A stretch of DNA of 64,000 nucleotides from Bacteroidota bacterium. GTDB lineage: Bacteria; Bacteroidota; Bacteroidia; 2-12-FULL-35-15. The position numbers and the translations under genes were made by a program. The notes under the pieces are model-generated. The model did no database searches. It had not been told where the DNA came from and was given only the letters and a program-made list of their open reading frames with translations. The stretch is from assembly GCA_040387415.1 (NCBI GenBank), contig JAZKDU010000022.1, forward strand, positions 25,976-89,975, given 5' to 3'. Below, in pieces: positions 20,501 through 35,417 of this stretch; positions within the stretch are counted from its first letter, which is position 1; each line of letters begins with the position of its first letter.

Positions 20501-23426
20501 ACCCTGTTGCTGTAGGCCCATTACCTCCGGACGGCTGCCAGGAATAAGTAAGTGTGCCTGTCCCACCAGAAACTGCAACGGTAGCCGAACCGGTGTTTCC
20601 ACCATTGCAGCTTACATTGGTGGTTGAAAAGATACTAGCACTAGGCCCTGTGTTATCATTAACGTTTACAAAGGTAGATGCCGTACAGCCATTGTTATCA
20701 GTTACTAAAACAGAATATGCTCCGGAAAACAAACCTGTAGCAGTTGTGCTGTTTCCACCTGTAGGAGACCATTGGTATGTATATGGTCCTGTTCCACCTG
20801 AAACAGCTACTGAAGCCTGCCCATTGGCATTACTGCAGGTAGAATTGACGGAGCTTGTTACTGGAGCTATCTGAGTGGGTTGATTCACAGTAACTGAATT
20901 TGTAACCGTACAATTTTTTGAATCGGTTACAGTAACAGTATACGTTCCGGAAGGTATATTAGACACATTTTGTCCGTTATAATTTCCAGGCATCCAGTTA
21001 TAGGAATATGGTCCGGTACCACCAGAGGCATTGGAAGTAACTGAACCGTTTGCCCCACCATAACAGGACGTTGGTGAAGAGGAAACAGAAGCCGCAAGTG
21101 CTAAAAGCGGTTGAGTAATGGCAACAGTATTCTGCGCCTGACAACCGTTATTGTCAGTTACTGTAAGGCTATAAGTAGTTGCTGAAAGCCCGGATACCGC
21201 AGCTGTGTTGCCTCCTCCTGGTGTCCAGGAATAACTGTACCCCGGATTACCACCGGAAACATTGGTGCCTACAGAGCCATTGTTTCCGCCAAAGCAAGTT
21301 ACATTAACCTGGTTAATAAAACTAATAACTAAGGGCGCAGGTTCGATGATTGTTGCAAAGGCGATTGCTGTGCAGGCTTTTGAGTCCGTAACTGTTAAAG
21401 TATATGTACCGCTGGAAAGACTTGAAACAGCGCTTGTTGTTAATCCACCTGGCTGCCACAAATAAGTATATCCCAATGTTCCACCGGAAGCAATTACAGA
21501 AGCATTTCCATCATTGAGGTAGCTGCAGGTTTCATTATTGCTGGTGATACTGGCTGCCAGCGCTGTTGGCTGCGTTATAGCAATTGAACTTGTAGCAGCA
21601 CAGCCGGCACTGTCAATAACGGTTAAGGTATAAGTGCCTGCCGGTAAGCCCGATGCTGTTGGTGCTGTTGAACCTGTTGGATTCCAGCTATACACATAAG
21701 GTGTAAAACCACCTGAAACTGTAGAACTAATGGCACCATCGTTCCCACTAAAACAACTGACATTGGCAGGTGCAAGAGCTACTGTTAAAGGTAATGGCTG
21801 TGTTATAGTATAGGAGGATGTTATCAAACAACCTTTTGAATCGGTCACAGAAACAGAATAGGTTCCAGCTGCCTGACCAGTTATTGATGAGGTTATTTGA
21901 TTTCCGGGCTGCCATAGATAGCTATAAGGCATTGTACCGCCTGTAGGAGAAATAGAAATGGTACCATTACTTCCACCTGAACAACTTACATTAGTAACTG
22001 CGGCACTCAAAGCAAGTGGTAAAGGTTGAGAAATAGTAACGGGGGTTTGTGTGCTGCAACCGATTCCATCCTGTATCGTTACAGAATACGTGCCTATACC
22101 TAAGTTAGTTGCTGTGGCGGTCAATTGTGCCGGTACTGTATTCCAGAAATAAGTAAAAGGACCAGGTCCACCATTAATATTAGCCACAGCCGAACCATCA
22201 CTTCCGCCATAACAGGAAACATTAGTACCTATTACTGATACAGTTGCTGTAAAACCTAAAAAATAAATACGGGAAGTATCCGTATCTCCTAAACAGGTTC
22301 CATTGCCAGTAGTAGTCAATATCAGATCAACAAAACCATTTGCTAATTCAGTTGCAGTTGGCGTATACGTACTATTGGAAAGTGTTGTATTATTTGGACT
22401 AAAAACGCCTGCCCCACCCGACCAAATACCCCCTGAAGCACCTGTTACAGAACCATTTAATGTAGCTATTGGGCTTTGAATACATACCGTATCATTTGCA
22501 CCGGCATTGGCTGTTATTGGAACAACAAATGCTGTAACTGTAACTGCATTGGAGGTAGGGGGACAATCAGTAACATCTGACATCAATACCGAAAAGGTAC
22601 CAACCCCCACGTTGATACTTTGAGTTGTGCTTCCGTTACTCCATAAATAATTATAGGGAGGCATACCACCACTGCCATTAGCTGTAAGCGTTGTGGAAGC
22701 CTGCCCAAAACAAATAGTCGGATTTTGAGGAGCAATAGTTACAATAAGAGTTGTATTAAAAGTAACTCTCATTGTATCACATACAATGGCAGTGTTACAA
22801 TTTGCTGCAGGCAAACCACATACCTGGTAATCAATATATGCAGGAGCTGCAACCTGACCTGTAACTATTGGATTTAAACAACCGGTGGCGCAGGACAAAT
22901 AGCTGTTATAAGCTCCTGAAGCGCCCGGAAATATTGAATTCCAGGTAACAGAAGGTGCACTAAAACCATTCGCGTGTAACGTATCAATACATCCATCATT
23001 TACAACAACATCTGTTCCTGCTGTAGGAGCAGGTATGGATGATATCTGATACACATTATCATTATTACCAGGTTTACAGAAGGTAAGGTTATGAGGTCCT
23101 GCACCAGTTAAACAAATCGGCTGCCCTACTGCCTGTGGCGGATTGCAATCAATCTGATAAAAAAGAGCACCCATTGAAACTGCGCCTTCAATTATATCGA
23201 AATTTATACCGGTTGCTAAAGGATCAAGGGTAATGCTGAAAGAGATGCATTTATCAGGATTAGAAGTTCCACAACAGTTACCAACTCTTTGAACCGCAGG
23301 ACTGGTCCAAATACTATCAGGATTTCCGGTAAGGTTAACAGTGAAACGAGGAACATCAGCACCACATTGCGCATATGACTTCAGAGAGAAAATCAAAAAT
23401 AATATAAACAGGTATAAACGTGACAT
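17508..23426 (-). CDS. SprB-repeat/PKD adhesin with a type-B (gliding-motility-associated) T9SS CTD
   Basis: Signal peptide and a Cys-rich N-domain. 15 repeats of the form NVSCxGGxxG...GGTxPYxYxW...LxAGTYTVTVTD..GC. Two PKD domains (WNWNFGDG, WSFGDG). CTD FPNVFTP...IFNRWGE...GWDG...GDVTLLR. Confidence 0.92.
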   Translation of the reverse strand: MSRLYLFILFLIFSLKSYAQCGADVPRFTVNLTGNPDSIWTSPAVQRVGNCCGTSNPDKCISFSITLDPLATGINFDIIEGAVSMGALFYQIDCNPPQAVGQPICLTGAGPHNLTFCKPGNNDNVYQISSIPAPTAGTDVVVNDGCIDTLHANGFSAPSVTWNSIFPGASGAYNSYLSCATGCLNPIVTGQVAAPAYIDYQVCGLPAANCNTAIVCDTMRVTFNTTLIVTIAPQNPTICFGQASTTLTANGSGGMPPYNYLWSNGSTTQSINVGVGTFSVLMSDVTDCPPTSNAVTVTAFVVPITANAGANDTVCIQSPIATLNGSVTGASGGIWSGGAGVFSPNNTTLSNSTYTPTATELANGFVDLILTTTGNGTCLGDTDTSRIYFLGFTATVSVIGTNVSCYGGSDGSAVANINGGPGPFTYFWNTVPAQLTATATNLGIGTYSVTIQDGIGCSTQTPVTISQPLPLALSAAVTNVSCSGGSNGTISISPTGGTMPYSYLWQPGNQITSSITGQAAGTYSVSVTDSKGCLITSSYTITQPLPLTVALAPANVSCFSGNDGAISSTVSGGFTPYVYSWNPTGSTAPTASGLPAGTYTLTVIDSAGCAATSSIAITQPTALAASITSNNETCSYLNDGNASVIASGGTLGYTYLWQPGGLTTSAVSSLSSGTYTLTVTDSKACTAIAFATIIEPAPLVISFINQVNVTCFGGNNGSVGTNVSGGNPGYSYSWTPGGGNTAAVSGLSATTYSLTVTDNNGCQAQNTVAITQPLLALAASVSSSPTSCYGGANGSVTSNASGGTGPYSYNWMPGNYNGQNVSNIPSGTYTVTVTDSKNCTVTNSVTVNQPTQIAPVTSSVNSTCSNANGQASVAVSGGTGPYTYQWSPTGGNSTTATGLFSGAYSVLVTDNNGCTASTFVNVNDNTGPSASIFSTTNVSCNGGNTGSATVAVSGGTGTLTYSWQPSGGNGPTATGLTAGTYTVTVIDAIGCQSLATTSPAISEPPAISITLTTTDVKCLGGSDGTATVSATGGTGTLSYQWLPGGTTGTSITNLVANTSYTVQVTDMNSCVQTQTFSVSQPALLTATISASSNVSCFGGNNGTATVSVNGGTPFYSYSWAPVGGNGPTGTGLSVGTYTVNITDLNGCTASATIGITQPAQALSATSSRVAASCFGSSDGSGTVNPVGGTPAYTYQWSPSGATGQTATNLSAGTYFVLVTDLLGCQTNVALTILQPTQVAGTLVSTNPSCGLNNGSIFSQISGGTAPYTYNWLPGATTTSSISAVGPGTYTLQVTDSKTCSAVYSLTLTNIPGPTVVVSAINNVSCYGGNNGTATIAINNGTSPYSINWSPYGGTNLSATSLTAGTYTVNVTDALGCQASTTATITQPTPVTVSATSVNNILCNGGNSGSITVAASGGIPTYNYSWSPNVSGSPVVSGLTAGTYTVIVTDQNNCPSSISVNLSQPTAISTSISSVVNSTCYNGSNGSASVFVSGGILAYSYAWSTSPVQTGSGASNLSAGTYTVTITDGNGCNATVTAQITQPTQVITTGGINDTVCLGQSGVVTATATGGAGNYYYAWLPSNTVNSGTLNATPSSTSTYTVIAYDQNGCAGTSDTTSIVVYSLAPANVQAIAYSPICPGQTSVVYVQVTGTPGPLTYVWNNNLGNGPGGYSVTPAQPTTYIVTVSNTCGSSVTDSVQVLFNPPPTVSLTSDTAVTCVPNTVTFTDNSVTGNVSDPIIAWNWNFGDGTTSTQQNPAHLYTNAGTYSVSLTVTTSGGCTNNNSSAPLIINAYPFPIAAFTVNSTTLDLPFEQLIASNQSVGGITYNWSFGDGNTAATFNAQHVYSTVGIFPVQLIVVSQQGCADTATIQVLTNSDIVFPNVFTPGSGGPTGGNYDINSIDNNIFFPYTIGVIEFKLEIFNRWGELIFESFDVKVGWDGYYKGKICQPDVYVWKARIKLNNGKQILKTGDVTLLR

Positions 23427-23513
23427 ATCCTAATGATACGAGTATACCGCCTATTAAGTTTCTATTTGTTGATAAGTCACCAATATCTATCTATTTACAA
23501 AACTGTTCACCAA

Positions 23514-30209
<6,696 letters not shown>

Positions 30210-30281
30210 TTACTTCTATTTTTTAGAGTTCAACTTTGGTTTAGTTATTTTTGACTTATAATTCATTCACAAAATGCCAAG

Positions 30282-30289
30282 CAAAAATA
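30282..30289 (-). promoter_or_regulatory. -7 element (TATTTTTG) for the collagen-like gene
   Basis: Consensus match about 75 bp upstream of the GTG start. Confidence 0.45.
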
Positions 30290-30529
30290 TAACTATTTTT
30301 CACATAGCCATTCATTTGTTCTTGGTAAATGAATTTTTTCTAAGTACTACAGAAACAATTTATTAAAACAAATAAAAAAATTATACTTTGACGTTAAAAA
30401 ATCCAAAATTAGTTATTGTTAAAAGAAATATTTCTATAATTTTCTACTTAAAATCTGTATTTTTGTGATAAGGAATAATCAGACAAACAATATAAAATTT
30501 AATTAATAGATATTTATTATATATACATT

Positions 30530-31900
30530 ATGAGAAAAGCTTCTAATAATATTCTTGAAACAATTGGTAATACTCCAATGGTTCGTATTAATAACATTAC
30601 TAAAAACGTTAAAGCCACTGTTTACGCAAAAGTAGAAACCTTTAACCCAGGTAATTCTATTAAAGACCGTATGGCATTAAAAATGATTGAGGTTGCGGAA
30701 AAAGACGGACGTTTAAAACCTGGAGGAACTATTATAGAAGGTACCAGTGGAAACACAGGAATGGGATTAGCTATTGCTGCTATCATTAAAGGCTACAAAT
30801 GTATTTTCACAACTACTGATAAGCAATCAAAAGAAAAAGTAGATGCTTTGCGTGCCTTTGGTGCAGATGTAATTGTTTGTCCTACCAATGTGGAGCCTGA
30901 AGATCCCCGCTCCTATTATTCTGTTTCTTCCCGTTTGGAAAAAGAGGTTCCGAATTCATGGAAACCGAACCAATATGATAATTTAAGCAACTCGTTAGCT
31001 CATTATGAGCAAACCGGGCCAGAAATATGGGAACAAACTGAAGGTAAAATTACACATCTTGTTGTGGGTGTTGGTACCGGTGGAACTATCTCTGGAACAG
31101 GCCGTTACCTAAAAGAAAAAAATCCAAATATCAAAGTATGGGGAATTGACACATACGGTTCCGTGTTTAAAAAATATAAGGAAACAGGTATTTTCGACAA
31201 AAACGAAATATACCCCTACATCACAGAAGGAATTGGAGAAGATTTTTTACCGGAAAATGTTGACTTTAGCGTAATTGACCGTTTTGAAAAAGTGACGGAT
31301 AAAGATGCTGCTATGATGACTCGTGAAATTACCAAAAAAGAAGGAATTTTTGCAGGGAATTCGGCAGGATCTGCTATGGCAGGCTTAATGCAGCTGAAAG
31401 ACGAATTAAAAGAAGGTGATTTAGTTGTTGTTATTTTCCATGACCACGGTACACGTTATTTAGGGAAAATGTTCAATGATGAATGGATGATGGAGAAAGG
31501 ATTTTTTGACAAAAAAGGATTGGAAGCAAAAGACCTGGTAAACAACAATACCAATGGCAAGCTGATTACTTTAGAAAGTACTGATAGTATAGAAAGTGCC
31601 GTAAAACTGATGAACAAAATGAACATCTCTCAGATTCCGGTTACAAACGGAGGAAGAGTTGTGGGCTCAGTGAATGAAAGTCTTTTGTATTCTAAAATTG
31701 TTGCAAACCCTGAAATTAAAGTTCAGGCAATTGAAACCATCATGCAGGCGGCTTTCCCATTTGTTGATATTTCAGCACCTATAGATTCATTGTCGGCAAT
31801 GATTACAGATAAAAATCCTGCAGTGTTGGTGCGTGATTTTAAATTAGATAAAACCTATATCATTACCCGTACGGATATTGTTAATGCGTTGACAAAATAG
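30530..31900 (+). CDS. cbs: Cystathionine beta-synthase (PLP-dependent) with a C-terminal CBS domain pair
   Basis: Motifs IGNTPMV, NPGNSIKDR (PLP Lys), TSGNTG, GVGTGGT and EGIG. C-terminal CBS domains (ISQIPV...VVGSV). Confidence 0.9.
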   Translation: MRKASNNILETIGNTPMVRINNITKNVKATVYAKVETFNPGNSIKDRMALKMIEVAEKDGRLKPGGTIIEGTSGNTGMGLAIAAIIKGYKCIFTTTDKQSKEKVDALRAFGADVIVCPTNVEPEDPRSYYSVSSRLEKEVPNSWKPNQYDNLSNSLAHYEQTGPEIWEQTEGKITHLVVGVGTGGTISGTGRYLKEKNPNIKVWGIDTYGSVFKKYKETGIFDKNEIYPYITEGIGEDFLPENVDFSVIDRFEKVTDKDAAMMTREITKKEGIFAGNSAGSAMAGLMQLKDELKEGDLVVVIFHDHGTRYLGKMFNDEWMMEKGFFDKKGLEAKDLVNNNTNGKLITLESTDSIESAVKLMNKMNISQIPVTNGGRVVGSVNESLLYSKIVANPEIKVQAIETIMQAAFPFVDISAPIDSLSAMITDKNPAVLVRDFKLDKTYIITRTDIVNALTK

Positions 31901-31913
31901 TTGTATTATTTGA

Positions 31914-31966
31914 TGTCATAAAGAACGAAGTGACGAAGAAAATTAATCACTTCGTTCGAAATGACA
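31914..31966. repeat. REP-like palindrome TGTCAT...GAACGAAGTGA / TCACTTCGTTC...ATGACA
   Basis: An 11-bp perfect inverted repeat (31923-31933 and 31947-31957) inside TGTCAT/ATGACA ends. Confidence 0.7.
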
Positions 31967-31987
31967 GATAGAGGCTTTAATCAATTA

Positions 31988-32773
31988 ATGGTATATATCG
32001 ATCAGTTAGGCAGAAAAATAGAGCTACCCTCCTCTCCTAAAAGGATCATTTCCCTGGTCCCTTCACAAACAGAACTGCTATACTATTTAGGCTTACGCGA
32101 TGAAGTAGTGGGCATCACAAAATTCTGTATTCATCCCGAAGAGTGGTTCCGCAGCAAAACACGTGTTGGCGGCACAAAAAAACTGAATTTTGAAACCATC
32201 CGGGAACTTCAACCGGATCTGATTATCGGCAATAAAGAAGAAAACGAAAAAGATCAGATTGAGCATTTAATGCAAAATTATCCTGTGTGGATGAGTGATA
32301 TCTATACATTGAATGATGCACTGGATATGATTAACCGGATAGGTGCATTGGCTCACACACAGCAGCAAGCCTTATTTCTAAAGCTCAATCTTGAAGCATC
32401 TTTTCGGCAACTTGAAGGCTTAAATCAAAATAATCCTGTAAAAACGGCTGCTTATTTTATCTGGAAAAATCCAATGATGGTGGCTGGCCAAAACACCTTT
32501 ATTAACGATATGCTTAGCAAGTGCGGCTTAAAAAATGTATTTGATTCAGACGCACGTTACCCGGAAATTACTCCTCAGCTCCTTGCAGAAAAAAGGCCCG
32601 AATTAATATTATTGTCATCAGAACCTTACCCTTTTAAAGAAAAAGATGTTCAGGAGTTTCAAGCAATTTGTCCTTGGGCTAAAATAATGGTTGTTGATGG
32701 CGAATTATTTTCATGGTACGGATCCCGCTTATTGGAAGCTCCACCCTATTTTGAAAAATTATTTACTAAATAA
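31988..32773 (+). CDS. Helical-backbone metal/cobalamin-binding protein (BtuF-like); likely start 31988
   Basis: Motifs DQLGR, PKRIISLVPSQTELL, VGITKFC, VGGTK, PDLIIGNKEEN and DGELFSWYG. The track start at 31961 lies inside the palindrome. Confidence 0.85.
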   Translation: MVYIDQLGRKIELPSSPKRIISLVPSQTELLYYLGLRDEVVGITKFCIHPEEWFRSKTRVGGTKKLNFETIRELQPDLIIGNKEENEKDQIEHLMQNYPVWMSDIYTLNDALDMINRIGALAHTQQQALFLKLNLEASFRQLEGLNQNNPVKTAAYFIWKNPMMVAGQNTFINDMLSKCGLKNVFDSDARYPEITPQLLAEKRPELILLSSEPYPFKEKDVQEFQAICPWAKIMVVDGELFSWYGSRLLEAPPYFEKLFTK

Positions 32774-32846
32774 GAAATAAAAAATTAAAACTCTTTTTTC
32801 TTTAGCTAATTGTTATTAATTTCGCAACTCTTATCCTGAATCCGCA

Positions 32847-35144
32847 ATGTTTCGTAAACAAAATCATTTCTGCATACATTTTGCGTTATTATTTATTTTT
32901 TTTCATGGCAGTTTAAAAGCACAAAAAATTGGTGTTGTGTTTAGTGGTGGCGGGGCTGCAGGTTACGCACATATAGGCGTTTTAAAAGCTTTAGAGGAAA
33001 ATCATATTCCGGTAGATTATATTGCGGGCACATCCCAAGGTTCTATTATCGGTTCAATGTATGCATTAGGCTTTACCCCAAATGAAATTGAACGGTTTGT
33101 TAAAACTGATGCCTATAAAAATATGGCCGTTGCCGTTATTGAAGAAAAGTACGCTTATTACTTCAAACGCAGTGACTCTAACCCATCCTGGCTTGCATTT
33201 AAATTATCACTTGATTCAGCATTAAAAATAAGAATTCCGACCAATGTAATGTCACCCATTTCATTGGATTTTGGTGTAATGGAATTTACAACGGCCGGCT
33301 CTGCAGCTGCCAACTACAACTTCGACAGTCTGTTTATTCCTTTTCGCTGTGTTGCAGCTGATATCGATAAAAAAGAACCTGTTATATTCAGCAAAGGTGA
33401 TGTGGGAGAAGCTGTACGTGCCTCCATATCCTATCCGTTTTATATCCCTCCGGTAGTGGTGGATGGTAAATTATTATTTGATGGCGGTATGTATAACAAT
33501 TTCCCTTCCGACATTATGTACAATGATTTTTATCCCGACTTTATTATTGGCAGTACGGTTGCAGCAAACAATGCATTACCTGATGAAGACAATGTTCTGT
33601 CACAAATACGATCAATGCTGGTTAGCAAAACAAATTTTGAGGTACCATGTGAAGGAGGAATTATTATTAAACCTGAAACGGATGTAAGCTTATTTGATTT
33701 TAGTAATCCACAACCTACTATTGACAGTGGTTACGTAGCCACTTTGCGTGCAATGCCATTTATAAAACAAAATGTTCAGTTAAGAGTTGATTCCGCGGAG
33801 CTTCACAAAAAACGTATGGCTTTCAGAAAAAAAATGCCCCCAATTGTTTTTGATCAGATTTATATTGAAGGTTTGAACAAAAGTCAGTCTGAATATGCAC
33901 GCAGCATATTGCGTCATAAAAGTAAGCTGTTAGCAATGGAGGAGATTAAAGAGGGTTATTTCCGTTTGGCTTCCGACAATAAGATTACATACATCTATCC
34001 CAAAGCTAAATTTAACCCTCAAACCGGTTTTTATGACTTACATTTAAAAATAAAAAAAGAGCGTGACATTATCACTACATTAGGTGGTAATTTTTCTAAC
34101 CGTCCAATAAGCCAGGGTTATTTGGGTATACAATACAATTACCTGAGTTATTTTGCAACCGAGATAATGGCAAACGCTTATTTTGGAAAGCTATATAGTT
34201 CGATACAATTAAAAACACGTTTTGACTTCCCTTTCAGAACCCCTATTTATGTTGAGCCGAACTTTACCTGGAATAAATTTGATTATTACTCCAGCAGCAA
34301 TGCATTTTTGGCGGATGTAAAGCCTGCTTATCTAAAAGAGAACGAACAATTTGGCTTAGTAAATTTAGGTTTTCCAACTGGTAAAAAAGCACGAATTGTT
34401 GCAGGTGCAGGTGTTGCACGTATCACGGATAAATATTATCAAACTGCTATTTTTACAGAAAAGGATACCGCAGACCGTACTGATTTTAATGTTTTCACAT
34501 CCCAGGCGTATTATGAAGTTAATTCACTTAACCGCAAACAATATGCAAACCAGGGTGAATATGTGAACATTAAAGTGCGCTATGTAAGTGGTTTAGAAAC
34601 AAACACTCCAGGATCTACTTCAACTGATACTGTTTCATTGTATACCAAAAATCATGAGTGGGTTACCTTTAAATTACAGGGAGAACGATACTTTAACAGT
34701 AGAAAAACGCTAAAAGTAGGTGTGTTTGGTGAAGCGGTTTACTCTACTCAAACGCTTTTTAATAATTATACGGCAAGTATATTAACTGCTCCGGCCTTTC
34801 AACCAACACCGGATAGCAAAACCATATTTTTGGAAAATTACAGGGCATCTCAATACCTGGCTGGTGGGTTAAAGTTTGTTGTTAACTTCCGTAAAAATGT
34901 TGAACTTCGTGCGGAAGCATACATTTTTCAACCACTTGAAGCAATAAATAAAACAGCGGATCTAAAAGCTGTTCGCGGAACACCTTTTGCAACACAGCAT
35001 TATATAGGCACAGGTGCTGTTGTGTGGAATACTCCAATTGGCCCAATGAGTTTTAGCGTAAATTATTATGATCACCAGAAAGAACCTTTTTCATTTCTGT
35101 TCCACTTTGGTTACATTCTGTTCAACAGACGCGCTCTTGAATAA
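32847..35144 (+). CDS. Patatin-like phospholipase with POTRA and an outer-membrane beta-barrel (PlpD-like)
   Basis: Signal peptide; motifs SGGGAAG, GTSQG (catalytic Ser) and DGG. C-terminal amphipathic strands ending TPIGP...FHFGYILF. Confidence 0.85.
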   Translation: MFRKQNHFCIHFALLFIFFHGSLKAQKIGVVFSGGGAAGYAHIGVLKALEENHIPVDYIAGTSQGSIIGSMYALGFTPNEIERFVKTDAYKNMAVAVIEEKYAYYFKRSDSNPSWLAFKLSLDSALKIRIPTNVMSPISLDFGVMEFTTAGSAAANYNFDSLFIPFRCVAADIDKKEPVIFSKGDVGEAVRASISYPFYIPPVVVDGKLLFDGGMYNNFPSDIMYNDFYPDFIIGSTVAANNALPDEDNVLSQIRSMLVSKTNFEVPCEGGIIIKPETDVSLFDFSNPQPTIDSGYVATLRAMPFIKQNVQLRVDSAELHKKRMAFRKKMPPIVFDQIYIEGLNKSQSEYARSILRHKSKLLAMEEIKEGYFRLASDNKITYIYPKAKFNPQTGFYDLHLKIKKERDIITTLGGNFSNRPISQGYLGIQYNYLSYFATEIMANAYFGKLYSSIQLKTRFDFPFRTPIYVEPNFTWNKFDYYSSSNAFLADVKPAYLKENEQFGLVNLGFPTGKKARIVAGAGVARITDKYYQTAIFTEKDTADRTDFNVFTSQAYYEVNSLNRKQYANQGEYVNIKVRYVSGLETNTPGSTSTDTVSLYTKNHEWVTFKLQGERYFNSRKTLKVGVFGEAVYSTQTLFNNYTASILTAPAFQPTPDSKTIFLENYRASQYLAGGLKFVVNFRKNVELRAEAYIFQPLEAINKTADLKAVRGTPFATQHYIGTGAVVWNTPIGPMSFSVNYYDHQKEPFSFLFHFGYILFNRRALE

Positions 35145-35292
35145 CAATCGCTTTATTCTTTGCTATTGTTAGCTATCATTAAATAATTTTTTTTACATAT
35201 TCCCTTTAATCAAAAATGGGGGAATTTTTGTTTACTATTTATCCTTTTTCCACCCAATTTCCTTGTTTTTTTGATATTCAGTAGAATTTATA

Positions 35293-35300
35293 TAAGTTTG
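35293..35300 (+). promoter_or_regulatory. -7 element (TAAGTTTG) for the pyrophosphatase gene
   Basis: Consensus TAnnTTTG followed by CA, about 120 bp before the ATG. Confidence 0.6.
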
Positions 35301-35417
35301 CAATCCCGAATTATAAACAATCGGCTTAACTGTTTAATAACAAGCAACTTAACAAATAAGCGGTTCTTATGGAACAGTTGCAATTAACAATAAATTAATA
35401 TAATTAAAAATTAAAGT

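Noticed and set aside
31900-31990. Cobalamin riboswitch upstream of the BtuF-like gene
   Set aside because: The gap is under 90 bp and is filled by a palindrome; no B12-box is visible.
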